DNA of 60,282 bases from Pseudomonadota bacterium (GTDB lineage Bacteria; Bdellovibrionota_B; Oligoflexia; Oligoflexales; CAIYRB01). How positions within the stretch are numbered: the first letter of the stretch is position 1; each line of letters starts with the position of its first letter. The notes under the pieces were generated by a model that searched no databases, was not told where the DNA came from, and was given only the letters and a program-made list of their open reading frames with translations. The position numbers and the translations under genes were made by a program. Positions 45,610-54,349 of the stretch are shown in pieces. Location of the stretch: contig JANOTL010000054.1 in assembly GCA_031416315.1 (NCBI GenBank), forward strand, positions 1 through 60,282, in the 5' to 3' direction.

Positions 45610-47700
45610 TTAGAGCTTCGTGACGAGAATCCTTACCTTGGAGTCCAGCTTCAGGAGCGACGGCGAGACGGTGATCAATTTCCCTTCGCGCTCGAAGGGC
45701 ACGGAGGCGCCGTCGACAAAGACGGCCCAGTGTGTGCCGACGCCAGTGGGAGCCTCCGGAACCTCGAAGCGGTTCATGGTCTGGACCACATAACCGTACG
45801 AGATGCGAACCTCATCCATCGTGTCGGCGCTGCAGCCGAAGCTCACCATGCGTCCTTCGACCGTGGTGCGATCGACGCAATCCTGACCGTCGGGGCCCAA
45901 AGCGGTGACTTCGACCTGGCCGTTCAGAGGATCGTGGGCGAGCTCGACTGAGTTCATGTCGGCGCTGTTGCCGAAGTCGTAGACGACGTCGACCTGACGA
46001 CCCGTCCAGACGTCGTTTTGGTCGAACCAGAGCTTGCCACCTTCGAGACTGACCTCTACGGCCTCTCCGGTGGCGACGTCGACCGCGCTCACGTCGTGGC
46101 GCAGCTCGCCCTGCATCGACGCCGGATCGTAACTGAGCACGCGGCCGTCCTTGCCCTTGAAGCTGATCTTGACGACCGCGCCGTCTTCCGGAGCGGCACC
46201 GATGGTGACGACGTTCGTGACGGCGTCGTAGCTCCACTGGTCGGAGGCGAGCGCGATCTCGTCGACCGTGACGGAGAGCGGCGTGCCCTCCATCTCCTCG
46301 GGCATCTCGAACTGCGCGTGCAACGGCATGCTACCGTCGCGGAACTTGACCTTGATCTTCGCCGCATCCGGCGGCATTTCGACGAAGTAGATCTCCTGAG
46401 TTGCGGCGTCGTACATGATCTTTGCATCGTCGACCGGCTGATCGTCGAAGAAGGCGTCGATCGTCTCGCGCGCGGCCGGGATGGAGAGCTGGAAGCGGTC
46501 GAACTTCGGCTTCGAGTCGTAGCGGTAGTTGACGGCGAGCTTCAGCGCCGTGTTGTCGACCATCTTCAGCTTGACCTTCTTGTCGACGATGTCGAAGTCG
46601 GTGAAGGGGGCGCCGTCGAGGGTCAAGGACAAGGATTTCACATCCGGCGCGAATTTCAGCTCGAACTCGCGCTTGAGTCCGCGCGACACGTCTTCAGAGA
46701 TCTTCTTCAGGGTGTTGGTGAAGTTGTTCTTGCAGATCGAGCCGGAGAGGCCGCCCACGAGCTCGACGAAGTCGCGATACTCTTTGCCGTCACTTTCGTC
46801 GCTAGGACTGCGGCAGTCATCGTCCGTGGCGCGCGGGTACCAGGTAAGCGAGTAAGCCCGCGTCTTCTCCTTGACGCCGCCTTTGAGGCTCAGCATCAAT
46901 TCGGCGAGCGCAGCGCCGGTATCTTCTTTCACGCAGTCGGTAGCGTTCACGCCAGCGGCGCAGAAATTGCGCTCGTCGCTGACGATGAAGACGCCTAGCG
47001 CCGCATCGGGGCGGATCCACTTAGGATCGAGGTAGCCGTCGCATTTGCGCTCGTCGACGGCGCTGTGGCTCTCGCATTTACCTTCGACGGCGCGATAAGC
47101 GTAGTACAAGCCGGCCTCGCGCCCGCTGCCGTTCGTCCCGGCTTCGACCAGCGCCTTGAAGTCCTTGCTGTTCTGCTCGATCTCGGCAGGCGTCGTGCCC
47201 TTCTTGATGACTTTGTCGAGGCGCAGCCGGCTCGAATCGGTCGTGATGACCGCGATCTGCCAATCCGAGTTCGCGAGGTTGGCCGTCAGCGCCTCGAGGC
47301 GCTTCGACAGGTTCTCCTGCTCGTCTTCCATTGAGCGCGAATTGTCGACGACCACGAGGAGGTCGAGCTTGCCCAATGAGGACACGTCGAACTCTTCGGT
47401 CGCCGGCGCGCCGTCGTGCCCTTGCACGAACGCGTCGACCTTGACGCTCCGATCGATCTGGTGGTTGACGAGCACGCGCGGCGCCAGCTCGGCCAAGGCG
47501 AGGCGCTGGGTGAGTTGCCCGTAAGGTGGATTCACCTTGAGGGACTCAGCGCCCATGGTCGCGGCGGCGAACTCGCGATCAACGACGATCTTCGGATTGG
47601 TCTGGTCGGCGCTGTTGGCTGCGAACTCGGCGCCGTTGCAGGCCGAAAGCGCCGAGGCGACGGTCAAAAGTAGCGACCCTTTGGTCTTCCGGGAGATCAC
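45610..47700 (-). CDS. Lipoprotein with a vWA/MIDAS-like domain and repeated small beta modules
   Basis: Lipobox LSAC; DLLVVVDNSRSM (DxSxS), VITTD, IVSDE; C-terminal repeats of the form YDA...P-DG...KI. Confidence 0.8.
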   Translation of the reverse strand: MISRKTKGSLLLTVASALSACNGAEFAANSADQTNPKIVVDREFAAATMGAESLKVNPPYGQLTQRLALAELAPRVLVNHQIDRSVKVDAFVQGHDGAPATEEFDVSSLGKLDLLVVVDNSRSMEDEQENLSKRLEALTANLANSDWQIAVITTDSSRLRLDKVIKKGTTPAEIEQNSKDFKALVEAGTNGSGREAGLYYAYRAVEGKCESHSAVDERKCDGYLDPKWIRPDAALGVFIVSDERNFCAAGVNATDCVKEDTGAALAELMLSLKGGVKEKTRAYSLTWYPRATDDDCRSPSDESDGKEYRDFVELVGGLSGSICKNNFTNTLKKISEDVSRGLKREFELKFAPDVKSLSLTLDGAPFTDFDIVDKKVKLKMVDNTALKLAVNYRYDSKPKFDRFQLSIPAARETIDAFFDDQPVDDAKIMYDAATQEIYFVEMPPDAAKIKVKFRDGSMPLHAQFEMPEEMEGTPLSVTVDEIALASDQWSYDAVTNVVTIGAAPEDGAVVKISFKGKDGRVLSYDPASMQGELRHDVSAVDVATGEAVEVSLEGGKLWFDQNDVWTGRQVDVVYDFGNSADMNSVELAHDPLNGQVEVTALGPDGQDCVDRTTVEGRMVSFGCSADTMDEVRISYGYVVQTMNRFEVPEAPTGVGTHWAVFVDGASVPFEREGKLITVSPSLLKLDSKVRILVTKL

Positions 47701-47803
47701 GATACGTTACCTCTAGTTGGTGCGTCCCTAGTCCCTGGAACGAAAATCTGACGGCACGAGCCATGTGCCGCTGGCAATCGCTGAGGAGTCTTCGTAAAAC
47801 GCC

Positions 47804-47840
47804 AAAAAAACTTGACCGCCTTCACGAAGATTGCGGTCAA
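47804..47840 (-). terminator. Rho-independent terminator after the two-component operon
   Basis: Minus strand TTGACCGC...GCGGTCAA stem with an inner CTTC/GAAG pair, followed by G and T7. Confidence 0.65.
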
Positions 47841-47955
47841 ATTGATTGGATGTCAGCGACTTAGGGGATGTCTGCAATGCCTTGCTTAGCTTCGGCCGGA
47901 GGCGAGGGCAGCGACGCCGCGACCGATTTCAGCGACAGACGTCCTTACGAGCGAA

Positions 47956-49503
47956 TCAACTCGTGGAGACCACGGGCGGAGGGTTCGGGCGCAGGGTCCG
48001 CGGCGGCGGCGGCGTCTTCGGCAGCGACGCCAGCTCGCGAGCCACGGCGCTAGCGCGCGCCCGGCCGATGCCGTCGCCCAGCTCCTCGGCTTTCGACGGC
48101 CCCGCGGCGATCTTCACGCAGAAGGAGGCGCCTTCGCCCGTCTTCGACCGCACCGTAATCGTGCCGTTGTGCAGCTTCACCAGCGCCATCGCGAGCGAGA
48201 GGCCGATGCCCGTGCCGCCGGCGGCGCGGTTGCGCGCGCTGTCGACGCGGTAAAACGGGTCGAAGATGTAGGGAATGGAGTCGGCAGGAATGCCTTCGCC
48301 GGAGTCGGTGATTTGGAAGATGACGGCGTTGGGCTCGGTGGAGACCTCGAACTCGACGGAGGTCCCCGGGAGCGAGTGCTTGGCCGCATTCAGCAGGATG
48401 TTCTTGAGCGCCAGCGTCAAGTAGCCCGGATTCGCGTGCATCCGGTGGCCGGCGCGATTGACGAGACGCAACTGCACTTTCTTCGCCTCGTAGACCGGCT
48501 GGACGACGTTGACGAGATCGCTCAAAAAATCGGCCGTGTCGAGCTCGAGCCAGCTCATCGCCACGGCTTTGCTTTCGGCGCGCGCGAGCAGCAAGAGGTC
48601 CTCGATGATGCCGGTCATGTGATTGGCTTCGATGACCATGGTCTTTAGAGAAGCGCGGTAATCTTCCGGCGAGCGCTCCTTGCGAAGAGCAAGCTCCGCT
48701 TCACCGCGAAGAACTGCGAGCGGAGTGCGCAATTCGTGAGACACGTCGCCAGTGAAACGACGCAGGCGCAAGAATGCGTCCTCGAGGCGGTCGAGCATCT
48801 CATTGAAAGTCTTCGCGAGCTGCCGAAGCTCGTCGTTCGCCTCGGTGAGCGGCAGGCGGACGCTGAGGTCGTCGGAGCCGAGCTTGGCGGCAGCGACGCT
48901 GATGTCGGTCACCGGCTTCAAGGAGCGCTTCGTCAGGACGTAGCCGAAGACCACCGAGAGCGCGAGGCCGAGCGGGAAGGTGATCCAAAGGACCCAGCCA
49001 ATCTCCCGCATCGTCATGAATGTGGAGTCGAGCGGAGCGGCGACTTGGATGAGCTCGCCCGTGAATCGGCCGAACTTCACCACCGGCAGGGTCACCTGGC
49101 GCAACGGCGAGGCGTCACGCGCCCGCGGCGGAAAGGTCTCGAAGGTCTCGAGTCCGTGCTCGGCGCGAGCCAAGGCCTTCGGCGTCACGGGCAGGCTGAC
49201 CTGCGTGTCGGTCTTAGCGCTAATCTTTCCGGAGAGGTCGACGAGCTGGGCGTAGGGCCGGATGAACTTCTCGCCGAAGAACTGGTTGAGGAAGCGCTCC
49301 ATGAGCGGCGGCGAGAAACCACGGATGAAGCGCGCGTCCCGGATCGACTGCGCTGACACCAAAAGGGAGGCGTCTACCGAGCGGTAGAGATTCATCTCCA
49401 CCACCCGATAGAGCCCATATCCCACGCTCAGAAAGAGCAGGGCCATCCAAATGGCATGGCCCAAAGAGAGCCGCAGCCTTACGGGGATGCGGTCAAGGAG
49501 CAT
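47956..49503 (-). CDS. Sensor histidine kinase (CusS/QseC-like: TM-HAMP-HisKA-HATPase)
   Basis: FTGDVSHELRTPL, NAAKHS, DSGEGI, FYRVD, GTGIGL. Confidence 0.95.
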   Translation of the reverse strand: MLLDRIPVRLRLSLGHAIWMALLFLSVGYGLYRVVEMNLYRSVDASLLVSAQSIRDARFIRGFSPPLMERFLNQFFGEKFIRPYAQLVDLSGKISAKTDTQVSLPVTPKALARAEHGLETFETFPPRARDASPLRQVTLPVVKFGRFTGELIQVAAPLDSTFMTMREIGWVLWITFPLGLALSVVFGYVLTKRSLKPVTDISVAAAKLGSDDLSVRLPLTEANDELRQLAKTFNEMLDRLEDAFLRLRRFTGDVSHELRTPLAVLRGEAELALRKERSPEDYRASLKTMVIEANHMTGIIEDLLLLARAESKAVAMSWLELDTADFLSDLVNVVQPVYEAKKVQLRLVNRAGHRMHANPGYLTLALKNILLNAAKHSLPGTSVEFEVSTEPNAVIFQITDSGEGIPADSIPYIFDPFYRVDSARNRAAGGTGIGLSLAMALVKLHNGTITVRSKTGEGASFCVKIAAGPSKAEELGDGIGRARASAVARELASLPKTPPPPRTLRPNPPPVVSTS

Positions 49504-50245
49504 GTTGCTCCGTGGAAGGTTTGTCGGCCGTCTTGCCCGGGACGGTCGCCTTGCCCGGAATCTGGGCCGTGTTCCCCGGGAAGTCCAGCATGTAGCCGTG
49601 ACCCCGGACGGTCTTGATGAGCGGCGTGTCGAAGGGCTTGTCGACCTTCGCGCGCAGGTAGCCGATGTAGACGTCGACGACGTTGGAGGTCGGCTCGAAG
49701 TTCATGTCCCACACGTGCTCGGAGAGCTGGGTGCGGCTAAGGACCGTCCCCGCGTGGCGCGCCATGTATTCGAGAAGCGCGTACTCTTTCGCCGTGAGGT
49801 GGATCGGCGCATTGTTGCGCGTCACTTCCTTGCGGCTCGGATCGATCTTGATCGGTCCGACTTCGATCGAGGTCGCGATGTCCCCCGGTTGGCGGCGAAG
49901 CAACGCGCGGACGCGTGCCAGCAGCTCGTCGAGGTTGAAGGGTTTGGTGAGGTAGTCGTCGGCGCCTTTGTCGAGGCCTTTGACCACGTCTTCTTTGGTG
50001 TCGCGCGCCGTCAGAATCAAGACGGGAGTCACGACGCCGCCATCACGCAAGGTCTTGAGCACTTCCATGCCGTTCTTACGCGGCAACATGAGGTCCAAAA
50101 TGATCAGATCGTACGGATTCTCGAACGCGAGCCATTCGGCTTCCTGACCGTCCGGGGCGTGGTCGACGGCGTAGGATTCTTCCCGCAACGTGCGGATGAG
50201 AATGCTGGCCAACGGCGCATCGTCTTCAACAACGAGGATACGCAT
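49493..50245 (-). CDS. OmpR-family response regulator
   Basis: LVVEDD, DLMLP, GADDYLTKPF, SNVVDVYIGYLR, TVRGHGY. Confidence 0.96.
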   Translation of the reverse strand: MRILVVEDDAPLASILIRTLREESYAVDHAPDGQEAEWLAFENPYDLIILDLMLPRKNGMEVLKTLRDGGVVTPVLILTARDTKEDVVKGLDKGADDYLTKPFNLDELLARVRALLRRQPGDIATSIEVGPIKIDPSRKEVTRNNAPIHLTAKEYALLEYMARHAGTVLSRTQLSEHVWDMNFEPTSNVVDVYIGYLRAKVDKPFDTPLIKTVRGHGYMLDFPGNTAQIPGKATVPGKTADKPSTEQHAP

Positions 50246-50459
50246 ACAGTCCCCTCCTTAAGCTCATACCGTCTTTTAACATGACATTAAGGTTGCCAGT
50301 CCATTTTAATGAAATGGGCTGGAATAAAACTAATATACGCCCGCCCAAATGAGAAGAGTGTGAGGCATTTCTGTATGATGAGAAGTAATTTAAGCTGAAT
50401 TTATGGTGACTTAAGGTCTGGCTTGCGTCTGCAGTCCGACCAGGGCAGTTTGCAAGGCG
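50246..50459. promoter_or_regulatory. AT-rich divergent promoter region with OmpR-type direct repeats
   Basis: TTAAC-N6-TTAAG, ATGAG-N6-GTGAG and a second ATGAGAAG copy. Confidence 0.45.
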
Positions 50460-51224
50460 ATGAAGATCTTGACCCTGAACGCCAACGGCATCCGGTCGGC
50501 CCACGCCAAGGGCTTTTGGACTTGGGCGCTCGCGCAGCAGCCCGACGTCATCTGTCTCCAGGAGATCAAGGCCCATGAGGCGGTGATCCCGGCGGAGTGT
50601 CGGCCGAGCGGCTTTCACTCTTATTTCCATCCGGCGGTGAAGCCTGGCTATTCGGGCGTTGCCATCTACGCGCGGAGGAAGCCAGACGCAGTGAAGGTCG
50701 GCCTCGAAGCCGACTGGATCGACACCGAGGGGCGCTATCTTCAACTCGACTTCGGCAAGCTGAGCGTGGCTTCCGTGTACTTTCCTTCGGGCTCCTCCAG
50801 CGAGGTGCGCCAGCAGGTCAAGTATAAGTTTCTCGAGCATTTCGAGACGTTCGCCAAGGGCATCCGACGCAAGCGGCGCGACTACATCTTCTGCGGCGAC
50901 GTCAACATCGCTCACAAAGAGATCGACCTGAAGAACTGGAAGGCGAACCAGAAGAACTCCGGCTTTTTGCCGGAGGAGCGCGCCTGGATGGACCGGTTCA
51001 CTGGCGATCTGGGCTTCGTCGATGGTTTCCGCGAGGTCAATCAGGAGCCCGACCAGTACACGTGGTGGTCGCAGCGGGGCGGCGCCTATTCGAAGAACGT
51101 CGGTTGGCGGATCGACTATCATCTGATGTCGGCGGGCCTCAAAGGATCGGTCAAGAAGGCCGCAATCTATAAGGACGCGAAGTTCTCGGATCACGCGCCG
51201 CTGACGCTCGACTACGATCTGTGA
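50460..51224 (+). CDS. xth: Exodeoxyribonuclease III
   Basis: NANGIRS, LQEIK, GYSGV, GDVNIAH, YTWWS, GWRIDY, SDHAP. Confidence 0.96.
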   Translation: MKILTLNANGIRSAHAKGFWTWALAQQPDVICLQEIKAHEAVIPAECRPSGFHSYFHPAVKPGYSGVAIYARRKPDAVKVGLEADWIDTEGRYLQLDFGKLSVASVYFPSGSSSEVRQQVKYKFLEHFETFAKGIRRKRRDYIFCGDVNIAHKEIDLKNWKANQKNSGFLPEERAWMDRFTGDLGFVDGFREVNQEPDQYTWWSQRGGAYSKNVGWRIDYHLMSAGLKGSVKKAAIYKDAKFSDHAPLTLDYDL

Positions 51225-51628
51225 GCTTGCCGAACTGGATGACGCGTGAGGTCATGGCGGCGATCGGGGTCGTTTCGGTGGTCATGCTCGTCGCGAGCAT
51301 GGTCTTGACGCCTGCGATTCTCGCGAAGCTGCCGGCGGATTATTTCCAGCGTGAGAAGCCGCATTTGCTCACACGCTTTCGCCAAGCGGGTGCGCTCGAA
51401 TGTTTCGTTCTACTCGGGAAGAATGTGTTGGGACTCGTTGCGATTGCGGCTGGGATCGCGATGCTCGTTCTGCCGGGACAGGGAATTTTGACGATCATCA
51501 TTGGGATGGTGCTTGTGGACTTTCCGGGGAAGGCGGCGGTTGAGCGGCGGTTTGTGGCGGCGCCTAAGGTGCTGCGGGCGGTGAATTGGTTGAGGGGGAA
51601 GGCGAAGAAGCCGCCGCTGGTGCTATAG
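51221..51628 (+). CDS. PGPGW-family membrane protein
   Basis: LPADYF, KNVLG, MLVLPGQG, DFPGK. Confidence 0.8.
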   Translation: MSLPNWMTREVMAAIGVVSVVMLVASMVLTPAILAKLPADYFQREKPHLLTRFRQAGALECFVLLGKNVLGLVAIAAGIAMLVLPGQGILTIIIGMVLVDFPGKAAVERRFVAAPKVLRAVNWLRGKAKKPPLVL

Positions 51629-51711
51629 CGGCAGCTCGACTAAGGGCGAGGGACGCGGCCAATATCGAGGGGGTCTCGACGGCCAAAGAGATGATTTATC
51701 AACACAGGTTT

Positions 51712-52506
51712 TCAGCTGGATGCTGACGCATAAGCCCTAAGCCCAAACCGCCAAAGAGCCAAAATCACGCCCAAGAACCCCAGCGACACCCCCACCAAAT
51801 GCAAGGCCAAGCCCGGGTCGAACGGCCCGAGCAAAAGGCGCGCAGGGAAGCTCGCGATCAGGGACAGTGGCAGTACAGTCGTCAGGATCACGCGGAGTGT
51901 GCCGCGAAAAAGCGCGTCAGGCCGCTCCGTAAAGCGCGACATGATGTGATAAACGGTGCTGAACCCCTTGCCCGAGTGCGTCCAAAACGTCGGGATGACG
52001 AAGAGGATCGCGGTCAGATAGTGGATCATACTGCCGTTCAGGAGGAGGAGCGGCAGCATCGCGAGCTTTGCGGGCGTCAGCACCTGCAGATTCTGTGCTA
52101 GCGCCCACACCATGATGCCGCTGGCGAAGATCAAATTGATCGCGGAGCTCACCGAGAACTCGCGCAGGCTCACGAAGAAAAGCGTCGAGACGGGGCGCAC
52201 CAAGTAGTAGTCGAGGCTCCCTTCGTTGATCATGAACGGCAGCGCCCACAGGTTGTTGGTGAACATCGTCATGTGGATCGCGTCGACGACGAGGAAGATC
52301 GCGACGAAGACGAGCGCCTCGGTCTCGTTCCAGCCGCCGAGCACGTCGGTGTGCAGGAAGAGGATCTGGAAGAAGGCGATGTTCACGGCGTAAAACACCA
52401 GATCCATGACGATCCGGAAGAAGAAATCCATCCGAAACTCGAGCGACTTGCCGAAGGCGAAGCGCAGGAAGCTGCCGTAAAGCCGCGGATAGCGCGCGAG
52501 CCCCAT
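51712..52506 (-). CDS. ABC-2 type (DUF990) permease
   Basis: GGW, GSLDYYLVRPV, multi-TM, ends YASASS. Confidence 0.88.
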   Translation of the reverse strand: MGLARYPRLYGSFLRFAFGKSLEFRMDFFFRIVMDLVFYAVNIAFFQILFLHTDVLGGWNETEALVFVAIFLVVDAIHMTMFTNNLWALPFMINEGSLDYYLVRPVSTLFFVSLREFSVSSAINLIFASGIMVWALAQNLQVLTPAKLAMLPLLLLNGSMIHYLTAILFVIPTFWTHSGKGFSTVYHIMSRFTERPDALFRGTLRVILTTVLPLSLIASFPARLLLGPFDPGLALHLVGVSLGFLGVILALWRFGLRAYASASS

Positions 52507-53309
52507 CAGATGCCGACCCCCGTGTACTTCAAGGATCCCGCCTTCCACAGCGCGCGATTCGCCAAGAGGAGCGCCCCGCACCAGAGCCCCATCACCAGGA
52601 AAGCCTGCGGTAAATCCGCGAGGCGAATCTGCCCCATCATCGCCTGCACCGGAAACGCGATCAGGTAGGGGAACGGCGTCCACTTGACGACCGTCTGCAG
52701 GTTCTCGGGGAACATCGCCAGGGGCAGGAGCGAGCCGCCCAGAATGCGTGTGATAAACATCACCATCACGTTCAAGCTCCAGACGCGATCCGCCCAGAAG
52801 GCGACTTGGTCAACGGCGGCGCCGATCAGGTAATTCAGAATGCCGGCGCAAAGCGCGAAGCCGACCCCGAGCGCGACCGTCCAAAAGGTCAAGGGCACCT
52901 CGGCCGGAATCCCGTGCCATAGCGCGTAGCCGCCAAGCACGAACGCGAGCTGCACGATCGCCATTGCGGCTCCCGCGACGTGCGCTACGTACTTGAAGCG
53001 GAAGAACGAGGCGGGATACACGAGGAACTTCGTCAGACCGCCGCTGTAGATCTCTTCCGCGATCGCGCCTCCGTCAACCGGGCGCGCCACGTTCTCCGCT
53101 AGCGGCGCGAGCACGTAGTAGAGGATCAACGCCTCAAAGGTGAAGCCGCGGATCGCCGTCGCGCCGGTCCGCGCGAAGACTGCGCTCCAAAGAAAGTAGG
53201 CGACGACGACGTTTGCCAGCAACGTGCCCACGAACCGAAACCAGAAGTCGACCCTATACGTGACGATCTTCCGCAACTCGAGCGACAGCACATGCAGCCA
53301 AAGCCTCAC
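52506..53309 (-). CDS. ABC-2 type (DUF990) permease
   Basis: YRVDFW, IYSGGL, PLAMFP, PFPY, ends YTGVGI. Confidence 0.88.
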   Translation of the reverse strand: MRLWLHVLSLELRKIVTYRVDFWFRFVGTLLANVVVAYFLWSAVFARTGATAIRGFTFEALILYYVLAPLAENVARPVDGGAIAEEIYSGGLTKFLVYPASFFRFKYVAHVAGAAMAIVQLAFVLGGYALWHGIPAEVPLTFWTVALGVGFALCAGILNYLIGAAVDQVAFWADRVWSLNVMVMFITRILGGSLLPLAMFPENLQTVVKWTPFPYLIAFPVQAMMGQIRLADLPQAFLVMGLWCGALLLANRALWKAGSLKYTGVGI

Positions 53310-54349
53310 GCTCGCGCACCGACCGCGCCGCCGCGGATCATCGCCTCGATGACGGTGCCGATGTCCTCGCGCTCGATGTTCAGGTCGACGACGGCAAGCG
53401 AGGCGCCTGTCAGCTGCGTCAGCAAGGCTGCGGCCACGGCCGGCGCCTCTTCCTGGCGCGCCTTGATCTTCAAGGTGTCTTCCGTCGCTTCAAGCACCTC
53501 ACTTCGTCCCGCGCCCAGCCCAGCGAAATGCCGCGCCGCGTCGTCTCCCGGCTTCATCGCTGAGACCGCAGCTGACGCGCCCGAAAGCCTCGCCGTCACG
53601 ATTTTATGACGCGCCAGCCCTGCAACGTCGCGTAAGGGCCCGTCATAGACGACGCCGCCCTCACGTAGGATCACGATGCGCTCGCAGAGACGCTCGATGT
53701 CCTCCATGTAGTGCGAGGTCAAAATCATCGCCGGCCGCCGGACGGCGCGGTACTCCAGCAGGAACTTGCGGATCGCTTTCTGTGCCGTCAAATCGAGCCC
53801 GATCGTCGGCTCGTCGAGGAAGACGACGCGGGGCTCGTGCAAGAGCGCCGCGATCAGCTCCATCTTCATCCGCTCGCCGAGGCTCAGGCGCCGCACCTGG
53901 ACTTTCAAATGCGCCTCGACCCCGAGCGTCGCCGCGAGGAAGGCCAGGCGCTCGTCGAACGCCTTCTTCGGTACCTGATAGATCTCGCGCAGGAGGAGAA
54001 AGCAGTCCGACGCCGGCAAATCCCACCAGAGCTGCGCCTTCTGGCCCATGATCAGCGCGATCTGCCGCCGAAACTCGTTTTCGCGGGCGAACGGCACGTG
54101 CCCGAGCACGCGCACCGAGCCGCCGCTCGGGTGGATGATCCCGGCCGCGATCTTGACCAGGGTCGTCTTGCCCGCGCCGTTGGCGCCGACGAGCCCCACG
54201 ATCTCGCCCTCGGAGACGTTGAAATCGACGCCTCGGAGCGCGTGCTTCTCGATCCACTTGCGGCGAAAGAGCGCGCGCACGGAGCCTTTGAGCCCCGGCT
54301 CCTTTTGGTGCACGCGAAACGTCTTCGCCAGTCCCTTGATCTCGATCAC
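53306..54349 (-). CDS. ABC transporter ATP-binding protein
   Basis: GANGAGKTT, LSLGERMK, LDEPTIGLD, SHYM. GTG start overlaps the pepF stop. Confidence 0.93.
   Translation of the reverse strand: MIEIKGLAKTFRVHQKEPGLKGSVRALFRRKWIEKHALRGVDFNVSEGEIVGLVGANGAGKTTLVKIAAGIIHPSGGSVRVLGHVPFARENEFRRQIALIMGQKAQLWWDLPASDCFLLLREIYQVPKKAFDERLAFLAATLGVEAHLKVQVRRLSLGERMKMELIAALLHEPRVVFLDEPTIGLDLTAQKAIRKFLLEYRAVRRPAMILTSHYMEDIERLCERIVILREGGVVYDGPLRDVAGLARHKIVTARLSGASAAVSAMKPGDDAARHFAGLGAGRSEVLEATEDTLKIKARQEEAPAVAAALLTQLTGASLAVVDLNIEREDIGTVIEAMIRGGAVGARA

Noticed and set aside
47701..47955. Riboswitch (e.g. c-di-GMP) upstream of the vWA lipoprotein
   Set aside because: I could not recognise any aptamer consensus, and the hairpin is explained as the terminator of the upstream operon. 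An Rfam/Infernal scan would settle it.
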